A DNA stretch of 64,000 nt from Marispirochaeta sp. (GTDB taxonomy: Bacteria; Spirochaetota; Spirochaetia; JC444; Marispirochaetaceae). This document shows positions 26,778-37,267 of this stretch, one piece after another. Positions within the stretch are counted from its first letter, which is position 1, and every line of letters starts with the position of its first letter. Position numbers and translations under genes: made by a program. A model generated the notes under the pieces. It made no database searches, was not told the DNA's origin, and worked only from the letters and a program-made list of their open reading frames with translations. Where the stretch lies: the NCBI GenBank assembly GCA_963676835.2, contig CAXXFF010000001.1, positions 704,001 through 768,000 on the forward strand. Direction: 5' to 3'.

Positions 26778-29135
26778 ATGGCTGAACAACAAATAATACC
26801 TGCAGATCAGATTTTACCAAACAAGCTGTTTATTATTCCTCTGAACGGACGCCCCATATTTCCAGGGATTTTCACCCCCCTTATGATCTCCGGTAAAGAG
26901 GACATTGAAATTGTCAACAAGGCCTCTGAATCCAACGGCATCGTGGGTCTTGTACTCATGAAAGACGGAGAGCTTGAAAATCCCTCCGCCGGGGATCTCT
27001 TTCCGGTAGGAACCGTTGCAAAGATAGTCAAGAAGATAAATCTTCCCGACGGCGGCCTGAATATTTTTATCTCAACCCTCAAACGCTTCCGTATCAAGAA
27101 GTATATAACCGAGGAACAGCCTCTTTCCGCTGCGGTTGAGTACCTTGATGACGAGAAAGACGATACCCTTGAAGTAAAAGCCCTCTCCCGGGCCCTGCTT
27201 ACGGAAATGAAACAGCTTTCGGAGAATAACCCCATATTCTCCGAAGAAGTCCGGCTGAACATGATCAATATTGATCACCCCGGAAAGATTGGCGACTTTA
27301 TCTCCTCCATCCTCAATATCAAACGGGAAGAGCAGCAGGGGATACTGGAAACCCTTGATGTTCAGAAGCGGATGGAGCAGGTTCTTATCTATATAAAGAA
27401 GGAACAGGAACTGCTGACTATCCAGAAGAAGATTCAGCAGCAGATAAACGAGAAAATTGAGAAAAGCCAGCGGGAGTATTTTCTCAAGGAAGAGCTGAAG
27501 GCAATAAAGAAAGAGTTAGGCATGCCGGTGGATGCAAAAAGCGGAGAGTACCAGCGCTTCAGGGAAACCATCGACAGCCTGCCCCTGCCTCCGGAGGTAA
27601 AAGAGCCGGTGGAGCGGGAACTGGAAAAGTTCGCCCTCATGGATCCCAACGCTTCGGAGTTTATTGTTACCAGAAACTATCTGGATACGGTGGTCTCCCT
27701 GCCCTGGGGGGACCCCGAAGTGGAGGAGTTTGAACTTGAAGAAGCCCGTTCCATCCTCGATTCCGATCACTACGGCCTTGACGAGGTAAAAGAGCGGATA
27801 ATTGAGTTTCTGGCGGTACGGAAGCTTAAAAAAGATACAAAAGGCTCCATTATCTGTCTTGTCGGCGCTCCGGGAGTGGGAAAAACCTCCATAGGCAAAT
27901 CCATTGCCCGGGCCCTGAACAAGGAATTTTTCCGTTTCTCCGTTGGAGGAATGCGCGACGAAGCGGAAATAAAGGGTCACCGCCGAACCTATGTGGGAGC
28001 CATGCCGGGAAAAATCATCCAGGGTCTTAAAATTGTCAAATCCCGGACTCCTGTTTTCATGATAGACGAAATTGACAAGATGGGCTCAAGCTACCAGGGA
28101 GACCCCTCCTCTGCCCTGCTTGAGGTTCTGGATCCGGAGCAGAATATCGCCTTCCGGGATCACTACCTTGATCTTCCCTTCGATATATCCTCGGTGCTCT
28201 TTATAGTTACCGCCAATACACTGGACACCATTCCCCGGCCCCTTCTGGACCGGATGGAGATTATCCGGCTGTCCGGCTATATTGAGCAGGAAAAGATAGA
28301 AATTGCCCGGAAGTATATACTTCCAAAATCTCTGGCCAAACATGGCCTTAAAAAGAAGGATGTCCGTTACAACAAGACAGCCCTCTCATCAATTGCCGTG
28401 CATTATGCCCGTGAAGCGGGAATGCGTAACTATGAAAAGGCCGTGGACCGTATTTCCCGGAAGATTGCCACCAAGCTGGTTCTTAAAGAGACAGAGTCTC
28501 CGGTCAAGATCGGAGCAGAAGAGCTGGAAGAGTATCTGGGCAAGCCGGTATTTCGGGAAGACGTAAAGAAGCAGGCTGCTGTTCCGGGTACCGCCATCGG
28601 CCTTGCCTGGACCAATTTCGGCGGGGACATCCTGGTTATCGAAGCAGTCTCAAACCCGGGCAAAGAGGGATTCAGGCTGACCGGTCAGATGGGAAATGTT
28701 ATGCAGGAATCCGCAGGCATTGCCTTTACCTATGCCCGGCATATTGCCTCTCAGTACGGAATCGAGGCTTCCTGGTTTGAGACTAACCAGGTACATCTGC
28801 ATATCCCTGCCGGAGCCACTCCAAAGGACGGCCCTTCAGCGGGAATAACCATGACATCCGCCCTTATTTCCCTTGCGGCGGGAAAGAAACTCAAAGCCGA
28901 CTTTGCCATGACCGGTGAACTCTCGCTGGTGGGCAACGTCCTCCCCATCGGCGGACTTAAAGAAAAGGTTATTGCCGCCAGGCGAAACAAGCTGAAACAT
29001 ATTATAATACCCGCATCCAACGAGCGGGATCTGGATGAGATTCCGGAAAATATCCGTAAAGGAATAAGCTTTCACCCGGTGGAACGTATGGAAGAGGTCC
29101 TTGATCTGCTTCTTCCGGGGCTGAAAAAAGCTTGA
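26778..29135 (+). CDS. lon: ATP-dependent protease La
   Basis: LON N-domain, Walker A GAPGVGKTS, IDEIDK, PKDGPSAG (catalytic Ser), IGGLKEK. ATG 26778 follows GAGG. Confidence 0.97.
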   Translation: MAEQQIIPADQILPNKLFIIPLNGRPIFPGIFTPLMISGKEDIEIVNKASESNGIVGLVLMKDGELENPSAGDLFPVGTVAKIVKKINLPDGGLNIFISTLKRFRIKKYITEEQPLSAAVEYLDDEKDDTLEVKALSRALLTEMKQLSENNPIFSEEVRLNMINIDHPGKIGDFISSILNIKREEQQGILETLDVQKRMEQVLIYIKKEQELLTIQKKIQQQINEKIEKSQREYFLKEELKAIKKELGMPVDAKSGEYQRFRETIDSLPLPPEVKEPVERELEKFALMDPNASEFIVTRNYLDTVVSLPWGDPEVEEFELEEARSILDSDHYGLDEVKERIIEFLAVRKLKKDTKGSIICLVGAPGVGKTSIGKSIARALNKEFFRFSVGGMRDEAEIKGHRRTYVGAMPGKIIQGLKIVKSRTPVFMIDEIDKMGSSYQGDPSSALLEVLDPEQNIAFRDHYLDLPFDISSVLFIVTANTLDTIPRPLLDRMEIIRLSGYIEQEKIEIARKYILPKSLAKHGLKKKDVRYNKTALSSIAVHYAREAGMRNYEKAVDRISRKIATKLVLKETESPVKIGAEELEEYLGKPVFREDVKKQAAVPGTAIGLAWTNFGGDILVIEAVSNPGKEGFRLTGQMGNVMQESAGIAFTYARHIASQYGIEASWFETNQVHLHIPAGATPKDGPSAGITMTSALISLAAGKKLKADFAMTGELSLVGNVLPIGGLKEKVIAARRNKLKHIIIPASNERDLDEIPENIRKGISFHPVERMEEVLDLLLPGLKKA

Positions 29136-29152
29136 TCACGACAAGAGGCAAA

Positions 29153-29977
29153 ATGAGTTTTACAAAAAGCATAGCAGCATCAATCCTCGTTCTCATGGCT
29201 GTCACCGGCTGTACCCGGTCACAGCCGGTGGTCGAAGCAGAACCCGCACCGGTGCCGATAATTCAGGACTTTTCCATTACTGCTGAAGACATGGAATACT
29301 TCACCGGCCTGCTGCAGGATCAGGAGCTGGCGGAAAAAATCACCGCATCGCCGGATGAATTCCTTGCTCTTATGAAGCAGATTATCGATGAACCTGAAGA
29401 ACTGTTCCTGCTTGCCGACAAGCAGCACGCTCTTCCTTCAGATTATATTCCAGAAGATCTGCGCCCCCTTACCGAATACCCTCTGCTCCTGAACCGTAAC
29501 GACCTGAGCCTGCGGGAAATGATAATGCCTGCGGTACTGAAGATGGACGCTGCAGCAAGGGATGACGGTATAAAACTGGTCTACTCCTCCAGCTACCGCT
29601 CCTATGAGTACCAGAAGGGGCTATTCGCCCGGCATGTACGGGAGATGGGAGAAGAGGAAGCGGCAAAGGTTTCCGCCCGTCCCGGAACCAGCCAGCATCA
29701 GTTAGGGACTACCATCGACTTCGGTTCCATCACAGATGAGTTTGCCGACACCCCCGCAGGCCGCTGGCTCTATGACCACGCGCCGGAATACGGCTTTACC
29801 CTCTCCTACCCCAGAGGCTATGAAGATCTGACTGGCTACTCCTGGGAGTGCTGGCACTACCGCTACATAGGCATTCCGGCTTCCCGGATGACTCAGGAGT
29901 ATTTCGGAGGAATTCAGCACTATTTCCTCTATTTTATCAACGACAACCTGGAATGGTTCAAGGCGCACAGGACCTGA
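29153..29977 (+). CDS. M15B D-alanyl-D-alanine carboxypeptidase lipoprotein
   Basis: Lipobox VTGC; SSYRSYEYQ, SARPGTSQHQLGTTID and ECWHYRYIG motifs. Confidence 0.9.
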   Translation: MSFTKSIAASILVLMAVTGCTRSQPVVEAEPAPVPIIQDFSITAEDMEYFTGLLQDQELAEKITASPDEFLALMKQIIDEPEELFLLADKQHALPSDYIPEDLRPLTEYPLLLNRNDLSLREMIMPAVLKMDAAARDDGIKLVYSSSYRSYEYQKGLFARHVREMGEEEAAKVSARPGTSQHQLGTTIDFGSITDEFADTPAGRWLYDHAPEYGFTLSYPRGYEDLTGYSWECWHYRYIGIPASRMTQEYFGGIQHYFLYFINDNLEWFKAHRT

Positions 29978-29979
29978 AA

Positions 29980-31194
29980 ATGAGTGAACTTCTGGCTCCC
30001 GCAGGGAGCATTGAAAAACTGGGCTACGCCTACCGCTACGGTGCAGATGCGGTCTATATCGGAATCCGTAACTTCAGTCTACGGGCACGGGCGGATAACT
30101 TCCATGAAGATGAGTTTGAAGCAATCCGCAGGGTAAAAGGCGACAAAAAGCTCTATGCGGCTTTAAACATATTTTTCCACAATGAAGATCTCCTCCGTCT
30201 TCAGGAAAACCTTGATTACCTTGCTGAGTACCCCCTGGACGCATTTATTGTTTCCGATCTCGGCGCCGCATCAGTACTGAAAAAGGCTTTCCCGAAGACT
30301 CCCCTGCATCTGTCAACACAGGCAAACTGCATAAATGCCGAATCCGCAAAGGCCTACCGGGACTTCGGGTTCAGCAGGGTAATCCTCGGCCGGGAAACCA
30401 GCCTGAATGAGATTGCCGATATCCGCAAAGCTGCTCCGGATCTTGAGCTTGAAGCCTTTGTTCACGGAGCCATGTGCCTGGCTTATTCGGGACGCTGCTT
30501 TTTAAGCGCCTATATGGCCGACCGGAGCGGAAATGAAGGGCACTGTTCCCACTCCTGCCGCTGGAAGTACCGGGTGCTGGAAGAATCGGAACGCCCGGGG
30601 GAATACTATCCTGTTGAAGTGGGTGAAAACTTTACCACCATCTTATCATCCAAAGACCTCTGTATGATCGATCATCTTAAAGAGCTCAAAGATGCAGGGA
30701 TCGATTCCTTTAAAATAGAAGGGCGGATGAAATCCATCTACTATGCTGCAGTCGTTACCCGGGCCTACCGGAAAACCCTGGATGCCCTTGACGGCAAAGA
30801 GGATCCCAATCTGGAGGCCTACCGGGAAGATCTCTTTAACGTGAGCCACAGAGAGTATTCTACCGGCTTCTTCTTCGATAAATCAGATATAGAGGTACCA
30901 ACGGAACTGGTTTATCAGCGGCGCTTTGTATTTCTCGGCTCAATCCTTGAGGAAGTCGCAGACAAACCGGGTGTGTATGAACTTGATGTAAAGAACCAGA
31001 TCCTTACCAGTGACGCTGTTCAGTTTGTGGGTCCGGATATTCCCTTTATTGAAGACACACAATGGGAACTCTTTGATGAGAATATGCAGCCTGTTCAGAA
31101 GGCTGATCACAGCAAGAAGTACTTCATCCGGCCTTCGGTAAAGGTTGAGGAAGGATATATCCTCAGGAAACCTGCGGCAGTTCAGTCAGAATAG
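29980..31194 (+). CDS. U32 family protein (TrhP-like tRNA hydroxylation candidate)
   Basis: ELLAPAG, GADAVY, HLSTQAN, EAFVHGAMCLAYSGRC, CSHSCR and KIEGRMKS motifs. Confidence 0.88.
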   Translation: MSELLAPAGSIEKLGYAYRYGADAVYIGIRNFSLRARADNFHEDEFEAIRRVKGDKKLYAALNIFFHNEDLLRLQENLDYLAEYPLDAFIVSDLGAASVLKKAFPKTPLHLSTQANCINAESAKAYRDFGFSRVILGRETSLNEIADIRKAAPDLELEAFVHGAMCLAYSGRCFLSAYMADRSGNEGHCSHSCRWKYRVLEESERPGEYYPVEVGENFTTILSSKDLCMIDHLKELKDAGIDSFKIEGRMKSIYYAAVVTRAYRKTLDALDGKEDPNLEAYREDLFNVSHREYSTGFFFDKSDIEVPTELVYQRRFVFLGSILEEVADKPGVYELDVKNQILTSDAVQFVGPDIPFIEDTQWELFDENMQPVQKADHSKKYFIRPSVKVEEGYILRKPAAVQSE

Positions 31195-32325
31195 AGGATA
31201 GACCTCCACGGTATTGTCCTGAAAATTGGTGAATGCCAGAAACTTCCCGTCCCCGGAAACATCCAGTCCGGTAGGCTGGTTTCCTCCGGGAATGATTTTC
31301 ACCCTAGCAAGGCTTCCGGTATCAATAACATGAACCTCGCCGTTCTCAGGACTCCGCAGGGTATAGTTTTCGGGATTATTGAGTCCCCGGCAGGAGACAT
31401 ACAGCCGGGAACCATCGGGGCTCAGATCGATGGTATTGGGATTCGGCCCGACCTGTATATCAGCAGTAATTTTGCCGGTTTCAAGATTCAGGACGTGAAC
31501 CTTCCTGCTTGCCATATTGGATATATATGCCAGGGGTTTTTGAGGATGCAGAACAATGTGCCGGGGAGCTCCTCCGGTATGAATACGACTTACAATCGTC
31601 CAGTCCTTTACAGAAAAGCGCACAATATCACCGCTTCCGAAAAAAGCGACCAGCAGCGAAGTTCCATCCCTGGAAAAAACAGTTCCCCGGGGAACCTCCG
31701 CTCCCTCCGCCGTAAGCCGAGTAATAACGCTTTCATCCCCGGCATTCAGGATTGTTACACTGTGACTCAGCCAGTTGGAAACGGCCAGAAGGGTTCCGTC
31801 AGGGGAAAATGCGAGCACCTTTGACCATTTCCCGCCGGAGGAGAAGCTATGCAGGTATTCCGCTTCCGGGGTAAAGACATGTACCATACCGGTGGTCATC
31901 TGGGAAATATAAAAGAGAGAGCCCCCAGGATTGAAAACCGCTTCAACAAATCCTTCTTGATCATCATATCCCGGCACATTAACCGTTCGGACAGTACCAT
32001 CTATTCTGTCCACAAAGGAAAACCCGGGTCCTTTCAAGAGCGGAACAATCAGACTTTTGCCGTCTGGAGTGAACAACACCTGTTTCGGCTGTACTCCGGT
32101 TGCAAAAAGCAGGTTACGGGTTTCCTGGAAAGAACTTTCCGGTGAAAGCTTTGCTTCAATACCTGTATCAGCCTCCGTATCCGCATCAGGGGCTGCTGCT
32201 TTTCCATGTGTACTATTCAGCTCTTCAGCATTTTCAGATTGAGGACGTGTACTTCCGGGAGAGACGGGTGAGCAGGAAATAAGCAGCAACAGCAGACCTG
32301 CACAGACTGAGTTCAATTTTTTCAT
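31186..32325 (-). CDS. YncE-family beta-propeller lipoprotein
   Basis: Lipobox LISC; repeated P..(L/V).FSPDG..L.V.N propeller blades. Confidence 0.85.
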   Translation of the reverse strand: MKKLNSVCAGLLLLLISCSPVSPGSTRPQSENAEELNSTHGKAAAPDADTEADTGIEAKLSPESSFQETRNLLFATGVQPKQVLFTPDGKSLIVPLLKGPGFSFVDRIDGTVRTVNVPGYDDQEGFVEAVFNPGGSLFYISQMTTGMVHVFTPEAEYLHSFSSGGKWSKVLAFSPDGTLLAVSNWLSHSVTILNAGDESVITRLTAEGAEVPRGTVFSRDGTSLLVAFFGSGDIVRFSVKDWTIVSRIHTGGAPRHIVLHPQKPLAYISNMASRKVHVLNLETGKITADIQVGPNPNTIDLSPDGSRLYVSCRGLNNPENYTLRSPENGEVHVIDTGSLARVKIIPGGNQPTGLDVSGDGKFLAFTNFQDNTVEVYPLF

Positions 32326-32385
32326 CTGAAAGCGATCTTAGCACAGGGAAAGATTGATTGTCACTTTTAATGCCCGAAGATGTAC

Positions 32386-32419
32386 AAGAAAAAGCCCCTC
32401 TGCACATATACAGAGGGGC
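32386..32419 (-). terminator. intrinsic terminator after ilvD
   Basis: GCCCCTCTG-N8-CAGAGGGGC followed by TTTTTCTT on the minus strand. Confidence 0.85.
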
Positions 32420-32445
32420 GGATAGAACAGAAATAAAGGTGCTGA

Positions 32446-34287
32446 CTACTCAGGCATAACCCTGGCGGCACCGGTATCGGCGGAAGAGGCAAAGGCTGCA
32501 AAAACCTTGAGAGCATCGGAAACCTTCCGCTCCCGGCCCACAGGCTTGTAGGCGTCCTTACCCTTCGCTTCCATGGCCTTGCGACGGGAAGCAAGTTCAT
32601 CATCGCTTATTACAAGATCCAGCTTACGGTTGGGAATATCGATAAGAATGGTATCTCCTTCCTGTACCAGGGCTATGTCTCCGCCGGCGGCTGCCTCGGG
32701 AGAAACATGACCAATGGAAAGCCCGGAAGAGCCTCCGGAGAAACGGCCGTCTGTAATCAAAGCACAGGCCTTATCCAGGTGCATGGACTTGAGGTAGGAG
32801 GTAGGATAGAGCATCTCCTGCATTCCCGGTCCGCCCTTGGGTCCTTCGTACAGAATAATGACCACATCACCGGCCTCGACGGTGCCGTTAAGAATTCCGT
32901 CAACAGCCTGATCCTGGGAATTGAAAACCTTCGCCTTGCCTTCAAACTTGAAGATGGAAGGATCAACACCGGCGGTTTTTACAATGGCCCCTTTCTGGCT
33001 GATATTGCCGAAAAGAACCGCAAGTCCGCCGTCCTGATAGTAGGCATGTTCTTTATCCCGGACACAGCCGTTTACCCGGTCGGTATCCAGTTCCTTGAAC
33101 TTCGCCTGCTGGGACCCCATAACCAGGTTTCTGCCGCCCGCAGGGGCCGCCCGGTAGACTGATTCGGCTTCAGCACTGAGATCGGGAGCCATAATGTCGT
33201 ATTTTGCCAGAGCCTCTTTAAGGCTGAGACCGTCATTACGTTGAACAGAAGTATCAAGCAGCCCCGCCCGGTCGAGCTCGGCCATAATTCCAAGGATTCC
33301 CCCTGCCCGGTTTACATCCTCCACATGGTAGTGGGAGGAAGGGGCAACCTTGCAGAGACAGGGAACCTTGCGAGAGAGCGCATCAATATCCTTGAGGGTA
33401 AAATCAATTTCACCGGCTTTTGCAATGGCAAGGAGGTGAAGAATAGTGTTGGTTGAACCGCCCATGGCGATATCCAGGGTCATGGCATTAAGAAATGCCT
33501 GCCGGTTGGCAATATTTCTGGGCAGTACCGAGTCGTCACCGTCCCGGTAGTAGGCGTAGGTCATCTCCACTATGCGTTTTGCCGCATCCTTGAAGAGGTC
33601 TGTGCGCTTTGCATGGGTTGCAACCACCGTTCCGTTTCCGGGAAGAGCCAGCCCGATGGCTTCGGCCAGACAGTTCATGGAGTTGGCGGTAAACATTCCC
33701 GAACAGGACCCGCAGGTAGGACAGGCGCTTGCCTCAACCTTTGCGACGGTATCATCATCGACGCTGTCATCGGCGGCCATGATCATGGCATCAATAAGGT
33801 CGTACTTCTTGTCTCCCACAACACCGGCTTCCATGGGACCGCCGGAAACAAAGATTACCGGAATATTGAGACGCATGGAGGCAATCAGCATACCCGGGGT
33901 AATCTTGTCGCAGTTGGAGATACAGACCAGAGCATCCACACAGTGGGCATTGCTCATATACTCAACACTGTCTGCAATGAGATCACGTGACGGAAGGCTG
34001 TAGAGCATTCCGTCATGTCCCATGGCAATACCGTCATCAATGGCAATGGTATTGAACTCGGCGGCAAAGCAGCCCTGCTCTTCTATCCAGCCCTTTACCT
34101 GCTGTCCGATCTCGTGAAGATGGACATGGCCGGGTACAAACTGGGTAAACGAGTTGGCGATTCCGATAATCGGTTTGCCGAACTGCTTCTGCTGCATACC
34201 GTTGGCAAGCCAGAGACTGCGCGCTCCGGCCATACGCCTGCCGGCAGTACTGGTGGCACTGCGGGGAGTGATTTTATATTCCGCCAT
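32446..34287 (-). CDS. ilvD: dihydroxy-acid dehydratase
   Basis: [51 protein letters not shown] and TDGRFSG motifs. Confidence 0.97.
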   Translation of the reverse strand: MAEYKITPRSATSTAGRRMAGARSLWLANGMQQKQFGKPIIGIANSFTQFVPGHVHLHEIGQQVKGWIEEQGCFAAEFNTIAIDDGIAMGHDGMLYSLPSRDLIADSVEYMSNAHCVDALVCISNCDKITPGMLIASMRLNIPVIFVSGGPMEAGVVGDKKYDLIDAMIMAADDSVDDDTVAKVEASACPTCGSCSGMFTANSMNCLAEAIGLALPGNGTVVATHAKRTDLFKDAAKRIVEMTYAYYRDGDDSVLPRNIANRQAFLNAMTLDIAMGGSTNTILHLLAIAKAGEIDFTLKDIDALSRKVPCLCKVAPSSHYHVEDVNRAGGILGIMAELDRAGLLDTSVQRNDGLSLKEALAKYDIMAPDLSAEAESVYRAAPAGGRNLVMGSQQAKFKELDTDRVNGCVRDKEHAYYQDGGLAVLFGNISQKGAIVKTAGVDPSIFKFEGKAKVFNSQDQAVDGILNGTVEAGDVVIILYEGPKGGPGMQEMLYPTSYLKSMHLDKACALITDGRFSGGSSGLSIGHVSPEAAAGGDIALVQEGDTILIDIPNRKLDLVISDDELASRRKAMEAKGKDAYKPVGRERKVSDALKVFAAFASSADTGAARVMPE

Positions 34288-34296
34288 GATGACTCC

Positions 34297-35799
34297 TTAC
34301 TGAAAATTTTTCTGCATAAACGTTAAATCGAGTTCCGGATAGAGGAGGAACGTATCCAGCAGAGCCTTAACCCGGCTTCTGGCCTCTTCGATTACTCCGT
34401 CGGTAATTTCGTATTTCGCCTTGGAAAGGTTACCGGCATTTTTACCGGTGGTAATGGTTGCAGGCTTTGTGTTACTGAGCACCAGCTGAATAATGGAGGC
34501 AATCTCCTTCATTTCAGCGTCGCCCATACCCAGGGTGGTAACCGCCGCTGTTCCCATACGGAGACCGGAGGTGTACCAGGCGCCGTTTGGATCGAAGGGA
34601 AGAGAGTTCCGGTTCATAGTGATACCGCTCTCTCTGAGGGCGCTTTCCGCCTGACGGCCATTGAGGCCGAATCCGCGGACATCAACCAGAAAAAGGTGGT
34701 TGTCGGTTCCGCCGGTGGCTACGGTCATGCCTTCCGCCATACAGTAGTTGGCCATGGCCTGACAGTTTTCTACGATTTTTGCAGCATAGGACTTAAACTC
34801 GGGCTTTGCAGCTTCCGTAAACGCCACAGCCTTGGCTGCCATTACATGAGGCAGGGGCCCACCGATAACCATGGGACATCCCTTGTCGACAGCTTCTGCA
34901 AACTCTTCAGTACAGAGAACCATACCGCCCCGGGGGCCTCTGAGGGTTTTATGGGTTGTTGTGGTGACAACATGGGCATGCGCCACAGGGTTATAGTCAC
35001 CCTCAAAAACGCCTCCGGCAACAAGTCCTGCAAAGTGGGCCATATCGACCATAAGCACAGCGCCTACACCATCGGCAATCTGCCGCATCCGTTTGAAATC
35101 AATCTTCCGGGGGTATGCGCTGTATCCTGCAAGCAGAATAAGGGGTTTAATCTCTTTTGCCTGGGCTTCAATGGCATCGTAGTCGAGGAGACCGGTCTCT
35201 CTGTCTACGGTATAGGTATAGGAATCAAACATCTGGGCGGAGACATTGTGCCGGTAACCGTGAGTAAGGTGACCGCCTGAGTAGTAGTCCAGTCCAAGCA
35301 GACGCTGGTTACCCAGTTTTTCCCGAAGCTTGTCCCAGTCTTCCCGGGAGAGGTTGGAAGGATTGGTTTCACCCAGCTCTTCAAGTCCGGGGACCTCTAC
35401 CTTCTGATACAGAATCGCCCAGTAGGCAATCAGGTTTGCATCCGCTCCGGAATGGGGCTGAACATAGGCATGGTCGGCGCCGAAAATCTGACAGGCAATC
35501 TCAGCCGCCCGGCTTTCTACGGCGTCAACATTGTCGCAGCCTGCGTAAAAACGGTGAAAAGGAAAACCTTCAGAATATTTGTCAGTAAGGAGGTTTCCCA
35601 TGGCAAGCTGGGTGGCAAGAGAACAGTAGTTCTCACTGGCAATAAGCTTCAGGTTTGACCGCTGATCGGCAAGTTCCTGTACAGTTTTTGCCGCAATCTC
35701 CGGGGCGACGGCATGTACTGCTTCGAGGGACGCGATATAGGCAAGGGCGCCTGCATCCGGGTCCGGGGTGGCGGATAGATACTCTTTGGTAATGTTCAT
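34297..35799 (-). CDS. glyA: serine hydroxymethyltransferase (long form)
   Basis: LIASEN, KYSEG, QPHSGADAN, GGHLTHG, DMAHFAGLVA and TTTHKTLRGPRGG motifs. GGAGG spacing favours ATG 35799; 35805 is an alternative. Confidence 0.96.
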   Translation of the reverse strand: MNITKEYLSATPDPDAGALAYIASLEAVHAVAPEIAAKTVQELADQRSNLKLIASENYCSLATQLAMGNLLTDKYSEGFPFHRFYAGCDNVDAVESRAAEIACQIFGADHAYVQPHSGADANLIAYWAILYQKVEVPGLEELGETNPSNLSREDWDKLREKLGNQRLLGLDYYSGGHLTHGYRHNVSAQMFDSYTYTVDRETGLLDYDAIEAQAKEIKPLILLAGYSAYPRKIDFKRMRQIADGVGAVLMVDMAHFAGLVAGGVFEGDYNPVAHAHVVTTTTHKTLRGPRGGMVLCTEEFAEAVDKGCPMVIGGPLPHVMAAKAVAFTEAAKPEFKSYAAKIVENCQAMANYCMAEGMTVATGGTDNHLFLVDVRGFGLNGRQAESALRESGITMNRNSLPFDPNGAWYTSGLRMGTAAVTTLGMGDAEMKEIASIIQLVLSNTKPATITTGKNAGNLSKAKYEITDGVIEEARSRVKALLDTFLLYPELDLTFMQKNFQ

Positions 35800-35841
35800 G
35801 GACATCCTCCAGTGAAAAAATAACAGTAGATTGCGTCGCTT

Positions 35842-35918
35842 CCCCAGGCGCGCGGGACAGCGGCGATAGACTTCCCGGCGGTTAGATCCGCCTTTTAATG
35901 CAGCGCCAGTCGTGTGGG
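35842..35918 (-). promoter_or_regulatory. ZMP/ZTP (pfl) riboswitch
   Basis: Minus strand reads cacacGACTGGCG...AGGCGGatctaaCCGCCGGGAAG...ccgcgCGCCTGGG. The conserved GACUGGCG, P2 hairpin + GGGGAG-like element and 3' CGCCUGGG pseudoknot partner are present, directly upstream of glyA, a typical target. Confidence 0.85.
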
Positions 35919-35980
35919 CTACACTCTATCAGGAGGGGGATAAATCTTCAATAGAAACTTTGCTGTCCCTTCTTTCCTTA

Positions 35981-37267
35981 TCAGGTCTGAAGCTGTGCAG
36001 TATACTCGTTGAGCCTCTGCAGACGCTGCGCCAGAAGCCGGGCAAGAAACATTCCATAATGGGGATTTTTACGGATAAGATTGACAAAATCGACCTTGGA
36101 AATCGTAATAAGAGAACTTTTTCCCCGGGATGCGACGGTGGCAGAACGGCGGTTGTTTACCAGAAAAGACATCTCGCCTAAAAACATATCCGCCGGGGTG
36201 AGGGTTGAAAGCAGTTTACCCCTGGAGCTTACATCAAAGCTGCCGTTCACAATATAGTAGAGGTTGTTGGAATCCTCGTCTTCGGAGAAGACAACCTCTC
36301 CGTCATTGAAAAACTGTTCCCGCTGGTCCTTGAATATGGCAGGTACAGTATTCACCCCATCCTGCCTGTGGGTTACAGAAAAGGAGACACAGTTTCCTGC
36401 TTCATTATATTCCAGTCCCTTCAGATAATACTCGGACATCTTTATTCCATGGCCGTGTTTCTCCAGATTATCCTGTGCCGACGTACTGGACATGGCGGCC
36501 CGCCAGTCGAACCCCTCACCCTCATCACAAACAGTAAAATGAGATTCATCATTGGTAATCTGATAAGTAAGCCGTACCTTTCGCGCGGCAATTTCGGGAC
36601 TGCTGTTTTTCTCGCGGATAAGACCGAAAATATCTCCATGAGATGTAAGCCACTGGTTTTTCTCATTATAGCTTATACAGCAGTTACCGTGCTCAATGGC
36701 ATTCATCAGCAGTTCCATGAGAGAAACCTGTAAGCGGTCCCGCATTTCCATGTTCAGGAAGTCGGAATTGTATAGATAGGTGGTTACCAGGTTGGCATAG
36801 GTCCTTATATCAAAGGGATCATTATCTATAATAAAAGTACCATTCACACTATCCAGAATCTTGTTATAGAAATCCCGGTGGAACAGGATATTTCTGTTCT
36901 GATGAATAATACGGAAGGCTCGCGCAAAACTGAAATCAAGGGAAGAGCGGCTTACCCGGGAGAGAAAATTAAACTGCTTGAGGTACTCCTCCGGAAGCCC
37001 GGGACCGTCAGCTCCCTCGATGCCGATGATACCGCCGTACAGAATCCAGGAATCCTGAAGAACCTCATCAAGAATGGAACGGATATCAATTTGAGCATCT
37101 CCCAGGTTATAGATAACCAGCTCCGGCAGTTCAAACTTCAAATGCTCAAGTATTTCATCCCGGGAATTCAGAAAAACCGGCTCAACATCGGTAAAATCCC
37201 GGTTAATGATATCCTGAAGTTCCTTGTTAAGTATCGTATCTGTGGAGATTACCGGTAAAACGCTCAT
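35981..37267 (-). CDS. signalling protein: degenerate receiver-like domain + RsbW-type HATPase + cyclic-nucleotide-binding domain
   Basis: ELLMNAIEHGN, DEGEGFDW and HGHGI (GHKL boxes); C-terminal FSEDE...LYYIVNG...FLGEMSFL...RRSATV (cNMP-binding). Confidence 0.82.
   Translation of the reverse strand: MSVLPVISTDTILNKELQDIINRDFTDVEPVFLNSRDEILEHLKFELPELVIYNLGDAQIDIRSILDEVLQDSWILYGGIIGIEGADGPGLPEEYLKQFNFLSRVSRSSLDFSFARAFRIIHQNRNILFHRDFYNKILDSVNGTFIIDNDPFDIRTYANLVTTYLYNSDFLNMEMRDRLQVSLMELLMNAIEHGNCCISYNEKNQWLTSHGDIFGLIREKNSSPEIAARKVRLTYQITNDESHFTVCDEGEGFDWRAAMSSTSAQDNLEKHGHGIKMSEYYLKGLEYNEAGNCVSFSVTHRQDGVNTVPAIFKDQREQFFNDGEVVFSEDEDSNNLYYIVNGSFDVSSRGKLLSTLTPADMFLGEMSFLVNNRRSATVASRGKSSLITISKVDFVNLIRKNPHYGMFLARLLAQRLQRLNEYTAQLQT

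Noticed and set aside
26687..26779. Overlapping N-terminal extensions of recO and lon in the ORF track
   Set aside because: Family homology begins at 26686 (recO) and 26778 (lon); the interval is a divergent promoter region.
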